64,000 bases of DNA from Octopus vulgaris. Its lineage: Eukaryota. The DNA is taken from positions 133,362,001-133,426,000 of the forward strand of contig OX597816.1 in NCBI GenBank assembly GCA_951406725.2. Reading direction: 5' to 3'. Shown here piece by piece: positions 39,429 through 56,072 of the stretch (positions are counted from its first letter, which is position 1; every line of letters begins with the position of its first letter). The position numbers were made by a program, and so were the translations under genes. Below the pieces are notes generated by a model, which searched no databases, was not told where the DNA came from, and saw nothing but the letters and a program-made list of their open reading frames with translations.

Positions 39429-40760
39429 AGTGGTGAAAAAAAAAATTGGAAAAACCGTCAAAACGTCAACTTATGTGGCTAACCTGGTCCGAAACTCCGC
39501 CCATTCTTTGTAAGGGTAAAGATTTCGCTGCTATTTTTAGCTGGTCGCGCGATCACAGTGAAGATCAGATGTAGTCCATGCCCCAAGTAAACATTCGGTA
39601 GCTGTGAGGATAGAATGCTTTTATCCTTTCCTCTCCGAGGAATTGTGAATGACACATTTCCTCCAACGAATTTTATGATTCAGGTATCAACATTTCGCTT
39701 ATCACGAAGTCTTATAAAACTGAAAACATTTGATCTGGATCAGTTCAGGCGAACAGGCAGCAGCAGTGAGACACGATTTTTAAGTTCAATACGAACAGTT
39801 ATTGAACTTTGACTTTTCATCTATTTGTAAGCTACGGGAGAAAGTAACTTCCTTTTTTCTAAATCATTTAAGACACATTTCGACACCAAATCCAATTATA
39901 AACTGTAAGTAAATTTAATTATATGTTGTTTTCTTGATAAAATAATATAATACTCTGTGTGTGTGTGTATGTGTTTATTAAGCCTAACATCGATCGCTTA
40001 AGACGTACATATACACATAATTGATTTCTTGCATAGGTATACGCCATAAATTTAGTGAGAGGGAACAGATGATTTTATCAACTCAGTATTTTACTGATAC
40101 TATTTTATCGCCCCTGGAAGGATGAAAGGCAACGTTAACCATGGTTAATTACAATTAAATCCCAAGTTATTTTGTTAATCGCTCTTATTATTTCTACCGT
40201 GCATTGACGAACAATAAATTTCATCTATTCCAAATGTTGACAACGAAATGCCAGAAGCTCCAGTCAATGTATATAGTCTTTTTTGACAGTCGAGCAGATA
40301 TAATCAAGGGTATTCTGAACCTGACTATCCAATCTTTTATTTAGATGTACTCTATCCCCAAAATGTCCTTCGGTTTTTAAGACGATATGTTAGGAGATTT
40401 GGTCGCTATACTACCAAAAAAAATTTCGGTGGTAATAGGCGTCTTTAGTCGCGAGTCTGAAAGTGATAGGCAATTAGCTGTAAACAGAATTTTTGTATCG
40501 TGTCAAATTTTAAAGTCCTTAGAAGTACATCGAAAGTTTTTATTTAATCTGTAAGGCTGGCACACAAACTTGTGTATGTTTCCAGTGTTTTGTTTTTAGT
40601 CTAGAAAGTTACTACCAAACGAAGGGCCGTGGTCCTGATCAATGTTTGTTAACCTCACAAATACGTAAACTTACATCAGGCTTTACAGACTTCCAACACA
40701 AGGTATATGGGATAATTATCTTTGGCGATCTTTCGCTTTGACTCCAGATCAGCTGGTTTT

Positions 40761-41149
40761 GTTCGTTAATTTCCGTAAAATATTTTTATTTATTTACTTT
40801 TGTTTAAAGTAAAAGGCGAAAGATTTATCCGCTCGGGTGATGAGAAACTTTTGTTTAAAGTGAAAGATGTATGAACGTGTATATGAAATGGACGTGTGTG
40901 TGTGTGAGAGAGAGAGAGAGAAAATAGTGCCACTTACACATACATGAGAACACACGTTCACTCACTCACTCACACACAAGCACATACAAAAAGATGTATG
41001 CATATGTATTGATGTATGTACGTATACATGACAACACACCCCTTCACTCACTCTCTCTTTCTCTGTCACACACACACACACACGTACATACATCTTTCAC
41101 TTTAAAACTAAAGTAAATAGATAAAAACATTTTACGGAAATTAACGAAC
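40761..41149. mobile_element. MITE-like element with inverted repeats of about 50 bp
   Basis: gttcgttaatttccgtaaaat...aaagt versus acttt...attttacggaaattaacgaac. Confidence 0.65.
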
Positions 41150-41915
41150 TCCGGATGACAGTTCCGAGAGTCGCCAACACAAAGTTGTATGGCATACTTA
41201 TCGTTGGCGATCTTCGAAAGACCGCCTTATCTTTTAGTATAGCAAAATACACAAAATAACTTCAAACTATGACATTCCGTTCTAGTCTGTTACATAACAG
41301 TTCTAGATTATGACAGCTACAGCCAGCAGCTCCCTATACTTGTACACGATAGCAATTATTTTACTCGCAGCATACTTTGCGGTCTTCTGCTCACCACTGA
41401 GATCAACTCTGCCTCTTATCCATTTGTGGCCGACAAAGTACCACTGGTAGTGTTCAAACCTAGAGAAAAGATGAGTTACATCTATTTCGAAATACCCAAG
41501 AAATATTGCGTGTCGCGACGGGGCCTCTACAACTCCATCAACAGTTGAGAGCCCAGGAAAGGAGAAAAAACATGACATGTTAGTGTGATACCTATTTCTT
41601 TATTACCCACAAGGGGCTAAACACAGAGGGGACAAACAAGGACAGACATAGGTATTAAGTCGATTACATCGACCCCAGTGCGTAACTGGTACTTAATTTA
41701 TCGACCCCGAAAGGATGAAAGGCAAAGTCGATGTTAGTGTGATACCACGTATCTATTGACAGCGGGAAAATCAAAGGGAAAGAACAATCAATTAAAGGGA
41801 CGCAACTCAATGTAGCATTAGCTATTTTGCAAACTTTTTTCTTTTTTTTTTTTTGCTTTGGTGATAAGTTCAAAAAGTTTTAAAATCATTTTAGCGTCAG
41901 AAGTTTAAACTTGGG

Positions 41916-43286
41916 GGTTAATGTTGACATTATTACCCGGAAACGAAATCGAAAAAACAAACAAAAAACTGTGCAACAGGTGTTGAAAAAAAGCTGTAGA
42001 AAACGAATCTGAAAACAAAAAATGTGCAGAGAACAATGGGAGTGGGAGGAGAGGCCTTCGGAAAATTCACAAGATCCGATGTATTTCCCTCATAACTTTT
42101 AGGAAAATGGATTTTTTTTTTTGTTAATGAAATTTTACGATTATAAAGAAATTTGTGGGGAAAATCTTTTCCGGGGAGGTGGGGAGAGGACTTCGGAAAA
42201 TTCACAAGATCCGATGTTTTTCCCTCGTACTTTGAGGAAAATGGATATCTTTTAATGAAATTGTATATAAATACCTTTTAAACAGCATGTACTACGGATG
42301 CCTAATGTGCTGCAAACCCCTTATTTTTCTTCGGAAAAAGGTGAGGGGAAGAAACCAGAATTATTGGAAATGTTTTTCTATTTTCTCGATGAATGAATTA
42401 CGATGACCTAATATGCCACAAAACCCTTTTTTGACCGAAAAACGGAGCTGTTTCTTTCTTTAAGATTTCGTTAAATTTTTACAAGTGCACCTTTATAAAA
42501 ATTAGTTGTAACGAAGTCTGGACAGGAGAGAGAAAGAATGATACAAAACCCTTATAAAAATCACGTTAGTGTTTGTGTGTGTGAAACAAAGTATTATAAT
42601 AAAACGAAATATCTTTTACATACCTCTTAAAAATCACTAGTTTTCATACAGAATCCAATATTTTCACTTCCCTTTATCAATTTTTCGTGCTGAAATTTTA
42701 ATCGGTAAACTAAAACGTTTCAATTTTGTGTGGAGAGAGGGAGATCTGTCATGTAATATACTTTGTGTAGCTAAACTTCCAAAGGCATAGCAATGGAGCG
42801 AGTGAGTGATTTCCTATATATGTGTGTGTGTATACATATATAGTAGGACCCGAACCCTTCAAAGGGATGTTTAGCATCCAAGTTCCTGAGGAAAAGCCTA
42901 ATTTGTAATTTTAAAAGGATTATATTTTCCTTAATGTTACAGGGGAAAAACTCAGATCTTGCGAATCTAATGAATTTTCCGAAATCCTTTCCTCACCTCC
43001 TCAGAAAAGATTTTCCCCACAAATTTCTTTATAATCATAATCTGTACCGTTTGAAAGATATTTATATAAAATTTCACAAACAAAAAAAGCCCCATTTTCC
43101 TAAAAGTTATGAGGGAAAAACATTGGCTCTTGTGAATTTTCCAAAGGCCTCTCTCCCCTCCCCCCAATAGCTTTCCACACATTTTTGTTTTCAGATTCGT
43201 TTTCTACACCTTTTTTTTTTTTATTACACCCATTGCACTATTTATTTTTTCAATTTCGTTTCTGGGTAATAATATCAACATTAACC
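41916..43286. mobile_element. Non-autonomous DNA transposon with imperfect TIRs of about 350 bp, GG...CC ends and an 8-bp TSD (Merlin-like)
   Basis: AACTTGGG|GGTTAATGTTGA...TCAACATTAACC|AACTTGGG; subterminal repeats ggaaaattcacaaga in both arms. Confidence 0.85.
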
Positions 43287-43798
43287 AACTTGGGCAATTT
43301 GTAAGTTGCTCATCCACTTATTAATCCTCACAGTCCCTCACTGTTAGAAACACTCAACTAGGCCAATGTCAGTCATGATTGAAGTTGTTTCGACCATAGC
43401 CAACTCTGTCTTTATATTTTTAGAGAAAAGCATATCTGGAATAACATTATTCAACGTGTCTTACTTTAAACCCTTTGCCTGTCCAAATCATTTTCATTTG
43501 TTCACCCTAAATGTTTATGCGTGTTTTTCAAACTTTTAGTTTGCCTTGTTTCAAACAATCTTAGTTATATGAAGCTTTCCTTCCATAAATACTGAGTTAC
43601 TCTGGTGGTTGAAAAAAATTGGGCATGTGTATCATATATGATGCATGAAGGGTCAGGAAAATATGTCCTATGGATAATTCACTATTCAATGGTGCACCCT
43701 CAGATTTAGAAAATACAATTTACAAAAATCTTCCCGCAATACAAACTAGTGCCAAAAAATTACTATTTGTAAATCTCACAACAAGAGATATTCAGCAA

Positions 43799-44099
43799 CA
43801 GTACTTTGGAGTAAAGATTACTTGCCAACATAACATGGCAGTCCTGGTTTAGGACAAATGTTGCTGTAATTTAGCCCCAAGAGACATCGTCTCCAGCTGG
43901 CTATACGACACGATCTATGTCCTTATATTTTCAAACAAGGGTTGGGGTGCTAGATTCCCTTGTTCGAAAATATAAGGACACAGATCGTGTCATATAGCCA
44001 GCTGAAGACGATGTCTCCTGGAGCTAAATTACAGCAACATTCGTCCTAAACCAGGACTGCCGTGTTATGTTGGCAAATAATCCTTACTCCAAACTACTG
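43799..44099. repeat. Foldback inverted repeat of about 300 bp (arms about 143 bp, spacer about 15 nt), nested in a piggyBac-like MITE (about 43471-44168)
   Basis: Arms are reverse-complementary with scattered mismatches; outer ccctttgcctgtcc...ggacaggcaaatga|ttaa. Confidence 0.85.
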
Positions 44100-44699
44100 C
44101 CAATTCAGAATATTCTGAAGTACACCCAGGCACCAAAGTCTGGCAATGGGCCTAGGACAGGCAAATGATTAATGGGAGAATTAAATGCTAGTTTTAGTAT
44201 GTCAGTCGACCAAATAGAGGCACCCACATTGGTGGTGTATTTTAAAAAAATGGAAAACTACATAATAATCACTTACAGAGAGACTGCATTATTTTTTAAA
44301 AAATTTACTGAAGGCGGTGGGCTGATAGAATCGTTAGCACACCAGGTAAAGTGCTTAGCGGCATTTCATCCATGTTTACATTTTGAGTTCAAATTCCACC
44401 GAGATCAACTTTTCATCCTTTTCAGCATTGATAAAATAAGTGCTAGTCAAGCACTGTGGTCAATAAAATCAACTTACCCTCTCCTCGAAATTACTGGCCT
44501 TGTGCCATATTTGAAACCAATATTTTATTTAGTTTCATGTCACCCAAGCAACACTGACAGAAACACACACACATTGAACGGACTTCTTTCAGTTTCTGTC
44601 TACCAAATCACTGAGAATTACAGCAATGAGAATAATGGAAATAAAAATAATAATAATAACAATCACAATAATAGGGAAAATTGAAAACAAATACAAGGG

Positions 44700-45130
44700 G
44701 TAACCTGGTTGCAAATAATAATATAAAACAATACACTTGTAGAGATAAAAAAAACAATGTCCTTTGGCATATGAGTGTTTACATAGAAACAAGTGCACAT
44801 ATACATGTACATATAGGTACAACCAGCAACACCTTCAAGAACCACTTGAGGAACCATATAGTGTTATTTATGAACAGCTGCAAAAGCCAATGCTCATTAC
44901 TTGCAGATCTTGAATGAGACCTCGAATAGAAAAAATACAATGCAGCCTAACTTGGTCAGTAATAAAAAATGCAAAACCATATAATGCACACTCAAAAGCA
45001 TGTTACCTCTGCCTGGAAGAGACAATATTATGTAATGATAAAATAATCAACAAACACTCAGAGATTATTTTAACATGTAACCATAGACTTAAATGCTTAT
45101 TTCTGGAATTTAGAAAGAATATGTAATATT
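44700..45130 (+). mobile_element. Penelope-like element GIY-YIG endonuclease fragment
   Basis: HIGTTSNTFKNHLRNH...LTWSVIKNAKPYN...CYLCLEE...INKHSEIILTCNH resembles PLE endonuclease C-termini; frameshifted. Confidence 0.72.
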
Positions 45131-47217
45131 CAATGTTATATAAATTCTTTATTAACTAAAAAATGTACATATATTTTGGTGATTACTTCTACTGGCAAGA
45201 TTATAAATTGTTGTTTACTTGAATGATCATTTAGTTATATTGATTCATTATTTACTCAAAAATGCTATTATAATTGTTTCAGTATCATTACTATTTTCTT
45301 TAAATTATATTACTTATATTGTCCACCAAAATTGTATAATCCTATAATAACTGATATGTTAGGTACTGTTGTTTAGGCAAAGGGGAATTAACTACAGAAT
45401 GGACTTGTTTACGATGGCAGAATGTTATGGCATAAGTGGAAAATGATTGGTGGAATGACATAAAAAAAACTGGTACTCCATCACTTACGATGATGAGGGT
45501 TCCAGTTGATCCGATCAACAGAATAGCTTGTTTATGAGATTAACATGCAAGTAGCTGAGCACTCCACACACACATGTACCTCTCCACATACTACTCAGGG
45601 AGATTCAGCATGACTTAGAGTGTGACAAGGCTGGCCCCTTGAAATACAGGTACTACTCATTTTTGCCAGCTGAGTGGACTGGAGCAATGTAAAATAAAGT
45701 GTCTTGCTTAAGGACACAATGCACCGCCAGGAATCGAACTCATGAGCCAAATACCCTAACTACTAAGCCACACATGGTAGAATGACATGGAGAGATGCCT
45801 ATTCATGAGAACAAAAGTGGGAGTATCTTTAGATAAATACATGTAAGTATATACAGGTATTGGTACATAAGTGTGAAGTAAAAAAATATGTATGTATAAA
45901 TGGGTGCATGAGAGTGAAAACTATAGATTTGACTTCATGCTATGAAGTGAGAGGAGACATCAATTGTATATATGTAGAATGTTTGTATATAAATGAACTA
46001 GTGTGTGTATGTTGGTGGAAATGTGTGTGTGTGTTCAAATATAAATATTTTTATGTATACACCCATTGAATGAACATGAGTGTATAAGGGTGGGAGCAAA
46101 TAAACTCTCCCTATGGTATATTAATGATTGAGAAACAAAGACAAAGTTCATGAGAAGACTGGCAGACAAGTTAGTATCCTGCTGGGTAAATAAGTTGACC
46201 ACATGTCCTTTGAAGAAAAATGTTTACAAACAAAAGAAATAAGGAATTCTTCTTGTTTATATTTTAGCAACATTGTTATCTTAGAGTGTTAATCTATCTT
46301 CATAAAAGGTGAGACATATCTATGCTAAAAAAGGGACCAAATGTGAGGTTTTGTTAATTTATATTTTATACTTTTAATTTTTTTATTTCCATTGATTAAT
46401 CTTAGTTCATTTATTTTATAATTTCCATTTTTTATTTTTGTTTCCATCAATTTATTTATATTTTATGTGACTTGTGACTATTTGAATCTATGTGTTGCTG
46501 TTTGTCAAGGGAATGCTAAAACTAGAATATAGAACAATGGGAAACTAAAGCTACTCACCTATTGCTAGATCATATTTTATATACTACGGCACTCCGTTGG
46601 TTAAAATGACAAGGGTTCCAGTTGATCCAATCAATGGAACATGTAAGTACCTTTAACATAGTTCTCGAGGATATTCAGTGTGGCACAGGGTGTGACAAGG
46701 CTGACCCTTTGAAATAGAGGTACAACAGAAACAGGAAGAAAGAGTGAAAGAAAGTTGTGGTGAAAGAGTACAGCAGGGTTTGCCACCACTCCATGTGGCT
46801 CCGGAGCCACATGGAGCTTTAAATGTTTTCACTCAGTAAACACTCACAATGCCTAGTCTGAGAATTGAAACCACAATCCTATAACCACGAGTCCACTGCC
46901 CTAACCACTGAGCCATTGTGCCTCCACATATTTATATGGTATTTATATAATGATATGTATAGGTAAACACTCGGCAACTAACAGCTGTTGCTAATACATG
47001 TGGTTGGGAAACAAACTTCTTACCACACATCCAGATGATGGTATGTAGGGGTGGACTAAGGGGCATGTGCCCCCCTCAAGAAAAGAAGTGCACCCTGCTA
47101 AATAATGTTATTACTCCCTTTTCTCCTGGAATTGTATTCCCTTCTGACCTTGTGCCCTCCCTTCAAAAATTTCCTGGCACTACACCTGGTGTGGCTATGT
47201 AGTAAGAAGATTGCTTC

Positions 47218-47330
47218 CCTCAAATATGAAAATACCTTAAAATACTAAAGAATAAATTTATTCAATAAAATCGCCATTGGCGCCATCCACGACCTCCAGA
47301 TGACTTCGGAATCTCCTGCAACTCTTCCAT
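47218..47330 (-). mobile_element. Tc1/mariner transposase 3' end fragment
   Basis: Reverse strand reads KSCRRFRSHLEVVDGANGDFIE*, followed by AATAAA. Confidence 0.6.
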
Positions 47331-47445
47331 ATACATGCATGTGTGTGTGTAAAACGATCAATAATATGTATGAAGAAAATCATGTCTTAATTTTAGATCA
47401 TACCTTGAAAGTCCAACAATTATTTCAATTGCATTAACATATACA

Positions 47446-47685
47446 TCATCATCATCATCATCGTTTAACGTCCGTTTTCCGCGCTAGCACGGGTTGGACG
47501 GTTTCGACCGGGGTCTGGGGAGCTCGGGACTGCCCCAGGCTCCAGTCTAGTCTGGCAGTGTTTCTACAGCTGGATGCCCTTCCTAACGCCAACCACTCCG
47601 CGAGTGTAGTGGGTGTTTTTACGTGCCACCTGCACAGGTGCCAGAGGGGTCTGGCATCGGCCACGTTCGGATGGTGCTTTTTATG
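47446..47685 (-). repeat. RTE-LINE 3' UTR copy with (GAT)n tail
   Basis: Same motifs as 59671-59900; an opposite-orientation copy lies at about 52075-52238. Confidence 0.75.
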
Positions 47686-48612
47686 GGGGGGGTGCAGAAA
47701 TATAGGGGAGCACCAGTGGGAGGGGTGGTTCAGAGGACAGGTACTAGTCAAGTAGAACGTAGGATATCGAGAGAGGGGTAATGCATGGTGAAATAGCGTA
47801 TTGAAGAGGGGGGTTCAAAGAGTAGACACCTATAATGGTGGTGGGGGGTGCAGAAATATAGGGGAGCAGCGTATTGAAGAGGGGGGTTCAAAGAGTAGAC
47901 ACCTATAATGGTGGTGGGGGGTGCAGAAATATAGGAGAGCACCAGTGGGAGGGGTGGTTCAGGGGACAGGTTCTAGGCAAGTAGAACGTAGGATATCGAG
48001 AGAGGGGTAATGCATGGTGAAATAGCGTATTGAAGAGGGGGTTCAAAGAGTAGACACCTATTATGGTGGTGGGGGGATGCAGAAATATAGGGGAGCACCA
48101 GTGGGAGGGGTGGGCACCAGTGGGAGGGGTGGGCACCAGTGGGAGGGGTGGTTCAGAGGACAGGTTCTAGGCAAGTAGAACGTAGGATATCGAGAGAGGG
48201 GTAATGCATGGTGAATAGCGTATTGAAGAGGGGGTTCAAAGAGTAGACACCTATAATGGTGGTGGGGGGGTGCAGAAATATAGGGGAGCACCAGTGGGAG
48301 GGGTGGTTCAGAGGACAGGTTCTAGGCAAGTAGAACGTAGGATATCGAGAGAGGGGTAATGCATGGTGAAATAGCGTATTGAAGAGGGGGTTCAAAGAGT
48401 AGACACCTATAATGGTGGTGGGGGGATGCAGAAATATAGGGGAGCACCAGTGGGAGGGGTGAGCACCAGTGGGAGGGGTGAGCACCAGTGGGAGGGGTGC
48501 TCCAGAGGACAGGTTCTAGGCAAGTAGAAAAAAAGGATATCGAGAGAGGGGTAATGCATGGTGAAATAGCGTATTGAAGAGGGGGTTCAAAGAGTAGACA
48601 CCTATAATGGTG
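47686..48612. repeat. G-rich tandem array, unit about 156 bp with 19-bp subrepeats
   Basis: Recurrent tgcagaaatataggggagcaccagtgggagggg...gagtagacacctataatggtggtggggg; about 5-6 copies. Confidence 0.9.
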
Positions 48613-48694
48613 TTGGGAGAAAACGACATCCGGTATAGTTGGAGCAAAATAGAGATATCCGGTATTGGTGGTGGGGGTGGGTAGGGCGGGCGCG

Positions 48695-50865
48695 CCGCGA
48701 AGAATCGGCAGCCAATTTCTATAAGGGAGATAGATCTTAAAATATCAATAACGATAACTAGTGAATTATACAGAATATGCAAAACGAGGCGAGGCGAGGC
48801 TGAAATAGTAAACAGAGTGGCGACTAGGGGGATCAGAATAATAATAATTAATAAATAATAATAATAAATAGAGATACGGATGAATTAAAGTTCAAAGATT
48901 TCTTATCTTGAGATCACTTCGTTTACGGACAGACTTGGCAAAAGGAATTCGGAATCAAGAATGAGGCAGTTTACTAGCTTAAGTATGCATAGCCATGGCG
49001 GGTGGTAGGAAGAGAGGAGTCCAGACAGACGACAATGTAACAAGAGGGGGAGAGAAGGGAAGAGAAAAGAAAAACCCCGCGAAGAATCGGCAGCCAATTT
49101 CTATAAGGGAGATAGATCTTAAAATATCAATAACGATAACTAGTGAATTATACAGAATATGCAAAACGAGGCGAGGCGAGGCTGAAATAGTAAACAGAGT
49201 GGCGACTAGGGGGATCAGAATAATAATAATTAATAAATAATAATAATAAATAGAGATACGGATGAATTAAAGTTCAAAGATTTCTTATCTTGAGATCACT
49301 TCGTTTACGGACAGACTTGGCAAAAGGAATTCGGAATCAAGAATGAGGCAGTTTACTAGCTTAAGTATGCATAGCCATGGCGGGTGGTAGGAAGAGAGGA
49401 GTCCAGACAGACGACAATGTAACAAGAGGGGGAGAGAAGGGAAGAGAAAAGAAAAACCCCGCGAAGAATCGGCAGCCAATTTCTATAAGGGAGATAGATC
49501 TTAAAATATCAATAACGATAACTAGTGAATTATACAGAATATGCAAAACGAGGCGAGGCGAGGCTGAAATAGTAAACAGAGTGGCGACTAGGGGGATCAG
49601 AATAATAATAATTAATAAATAATAATAATAAATAGAGATACGGATGAATTAAAGTTCAAAGATTTCTTATCTTGAGATCACTTCGTTTACGGACAGACTT
49701 GGCAAAAGGAATTCGGAATCAAGAATGAGGCAGTTTACTAGCTTAAGTATGCATAGCCATGGCGGGTGGTAGGAAGAGAGGAGTCCAGACAGACGACAAT
49801 GTAACAAGAGGGGGAGAGAAGGGAAGAGAAAAGAAAAACCCCGCGAAGAATCGGCAGCCAATTTCTATAAGGGAGATAGATCTTAAAATATCAATAACGA
49901 TAACTAGTGAATTATACAGAATATGCAAAACGAGGCGAGGCGAGGCTGAAATAGTAAACAGAGTGGCGACTAGGGGGATCAGAATAATAATAATTAATAA
50001 ATAATAATAATAAATAGAGATACGGATGAATTAAAGTTCAAAGATTTCTTATCTTGAGATCACTTCGTTTACGGACAGACTTGGCAAAAGGAATTCGGAA
50101 TCAAGAATGAGGCAGTTTACTAGCTTAAGTATGCATAGCCATGGCGGGTGGTAGGAAGAGAGGAGTCCAGACAGACGACAATGTAACAAGAGGGGGAGAG
50201 AAGGGAAGAGAAAAGAAAAACCCCGCGAAGAATCGGCAGCCAATTTCTATAAGGGAGATAGATCTTAAAATATCAATAACGATAACTAGTGAATTATACA
50301 GAATATGCAAAACGAGGCGAGGCGAGGCTGAAATAGTAAACAGAGTGGCGACTAGGGGGATCAGAATAATAATAATTAATAAATAATAATAATAAATAGA
50401 GATACGGATGAATTAAAGTTCAAAGATTTCTTATCTTGAGATCACTTCGTTTACGGACAGACTTGGCAAAAGGAATTCGGAATCAAGAATGAGGCAGTTT
50501 ACTAGCTTAAGTATGCATAGCCATGGCGGGTGGTAGGAAGAGAGGAGTCCAGACAGACGACAATGTAACAAGAGGGGGAGAGAAGGGAAGAGAAAAGAAA
50601 AACCCCGCGAAGAATCGGCAGCCAATTTCTATAAGGGAGATAGATCTTAAAATATCAATAACGATAACTAGTGAATTATACAGAATATGCAAAACGAGGC
50701 GAGGCGAGGCTGAAATAGTAAACAGAGTGGCGACTAGGGGGATCAGAATAATAATAATTAATAAATAATAATAATAAATAGAGATACGGATGAATTAAAG
50801 TTCAAAGATTTCTTATCTTGAGATCACTTCGTTTACGGACAGACTTGGCAAAAGGAATTCGGAAT
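48695..50865. repeat. Tandem satellite, 382-bp unit, about 5.7 apparently identical copies
   Basis: ccgcgaagaatcggc recurs every 382 nt; identical ORFs repeat at this period. Confidence 0.97.
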
Positions 50866-52525
50866 ATACATATATATATATTCACACACACACACACACA
50901 TATAAATAATATTATTAAAATCAATAATAATATATATGAAAATTTATGTCAACACGACATTATCAAGGTAATCCAAATTGGTGATTTTCTAACTGAATAT
51001 CTGAAAAAATTTTAGCTGTTAAAAAACACTAACAAAAAGAAATGCCAAACCAAATTTAATTTTAAACATTCATTCATTCAACCAAATGCAACATCATTGA
51101 ATAACCAATTTAGTTTATAAAAATAAAATATAAAAAATACCATACTAATTCCATATTTTTTGACAATTTAAAATCTACATAAAAAAACTCTAATGTAGAA
51201 AACAAGTATATTTATCTTCAAAAATTGATGACATCATTGGATTTCTAAAGAGCAAAAACTGCAGATAAGAATTCTACGTTATGCTTAATAGATAACTAAA
51301 GAATAAAAACTACAGATAATAATTCTATGTAATGCTAAATAGAAACTTATGTACTTTATGTCACAATAATTAATTACCTATTCATTTATTTAATATAATA
51401 TACCCTTTTAAAGGAATTAACCTTATTGTATAATAACTGAAGAATTATTATATTCAACAACATATATCACCACTGAGGATTTCACTGGGTAATTAAAAAG
51501 TAAAAATTACAGAAAAGACAACCAAATAGCTATTTATTCATTATAATAAACTCTTATATAGGAATTAACTTTATTATATAATAATTAAAAAATTATCATA
51601 ATTAATAGTTTCCCTTTTTTTACTATTTTAATTCTCACACTTGTTTTTTTCAGTATGACTTGTCAACCACCCCTGAAATTAATGAACCTTGTACATTCTA
51701 ACAAATTAATATACAGTTTTAATTTCAAACTTACACCTTCTGTTTTGAACATGATAATTTATCAACATTGAAACATTTTAATTTAATGACATTGAAACAT
51801 TTCAGTTTGTCAACATTGAAGCATTTTGATTTGTCAACATTGAAACTTATAACGATGTTTTTCTAATTTTACACTTTTACCATTGATAAACAAAAAATAT
51901 TGTTGATACTAGTTTGGAATAATATGTAAATAAATGTATTTTAAACATTTACGAACTTTTGAAATTTAAGTGCATTTTAACAACACATTTTCCTATATTT
52001 TTTTCCTGCGTGGAAACACCACTCCCTCTTTTGATATATATATATATATATATATAACACATACACACACATACACTCACGGAGTGGTTGGCGTTAGGAA
52101 GGGCATCCAGCTGTAGAAACATTGCCAGATAAGGCCGGAGCCTTGTGCAGCCTTCTGGCTTCCCAGATCCCCGGTCGAACCGTCCAACCCATGCTAGCAT
52201 GGAGAACGGACATTAAACGATGATGATGATGATGATGATATGCATTTCTTAAGATTTTTATTTAGATCACTTTAAAACATAAAGTTTGTATCAAAGAAAC
52301 AAGAGATGGAGTCACCTGGGCTGCTATCAAAACGTTAAGAAATTTATATTCTTCATATTTATTAATTTTCATATGGAATCTTACTCATATGGACACAAAT
52401 GAATGATGCACAACCTGTCAAATAGTTGATTTTCAAAAGTATATTGTAATTACAATCTTCATATGTTTACTTTAGATAACTATTTTTTTCTCTTTTAGGA
52501 CTATAGCTGGAATCAAGAATTCAAA

Positions 52526-55880
<3,355 letters not shown>

Positions 55881-56056
55881 ATTAAATAGTCATATAGGAT
55901 CAATTCCAATTTTATTATCAAATCCATCCTCATTTTATCCATAATTAACTTAATTAACTTCATCTTATCTGCTCTTAAGGCTGTGGTATTGGTTAGTTTT
56001 TCTTAAAGTGGATTCTGTGAAAAAGTTGTGGAGTTTTGCCGGATAACATGTCTTTT

Positions 56057-56072
56057 AATAAAATTTAATAAA
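56057..56072 (+). promoter_or_regulatory. Candidate LACC1 polyadenylation signals (two AATAAA)
   Basis: AATAAAatttAATAAA about 180 nt after the stop codon. Confidence 0.5.

Noticed and set aside
44172-44684. 170-aa ORF
   Set aside because: Runs through SINE fragments and (AAT)n sequence; no protein-like features.
48903-50768. Repeated 61-81 aa ORFs
   Set aside because: By-products of the 382-bp tandem repeat; no recognisable domain or splice context.
47686-50865. CRISPR-like array
   Set aside because: Units are contiguous tandem repeats with no unique spacers; eukaryotic DNA with no cas genes.
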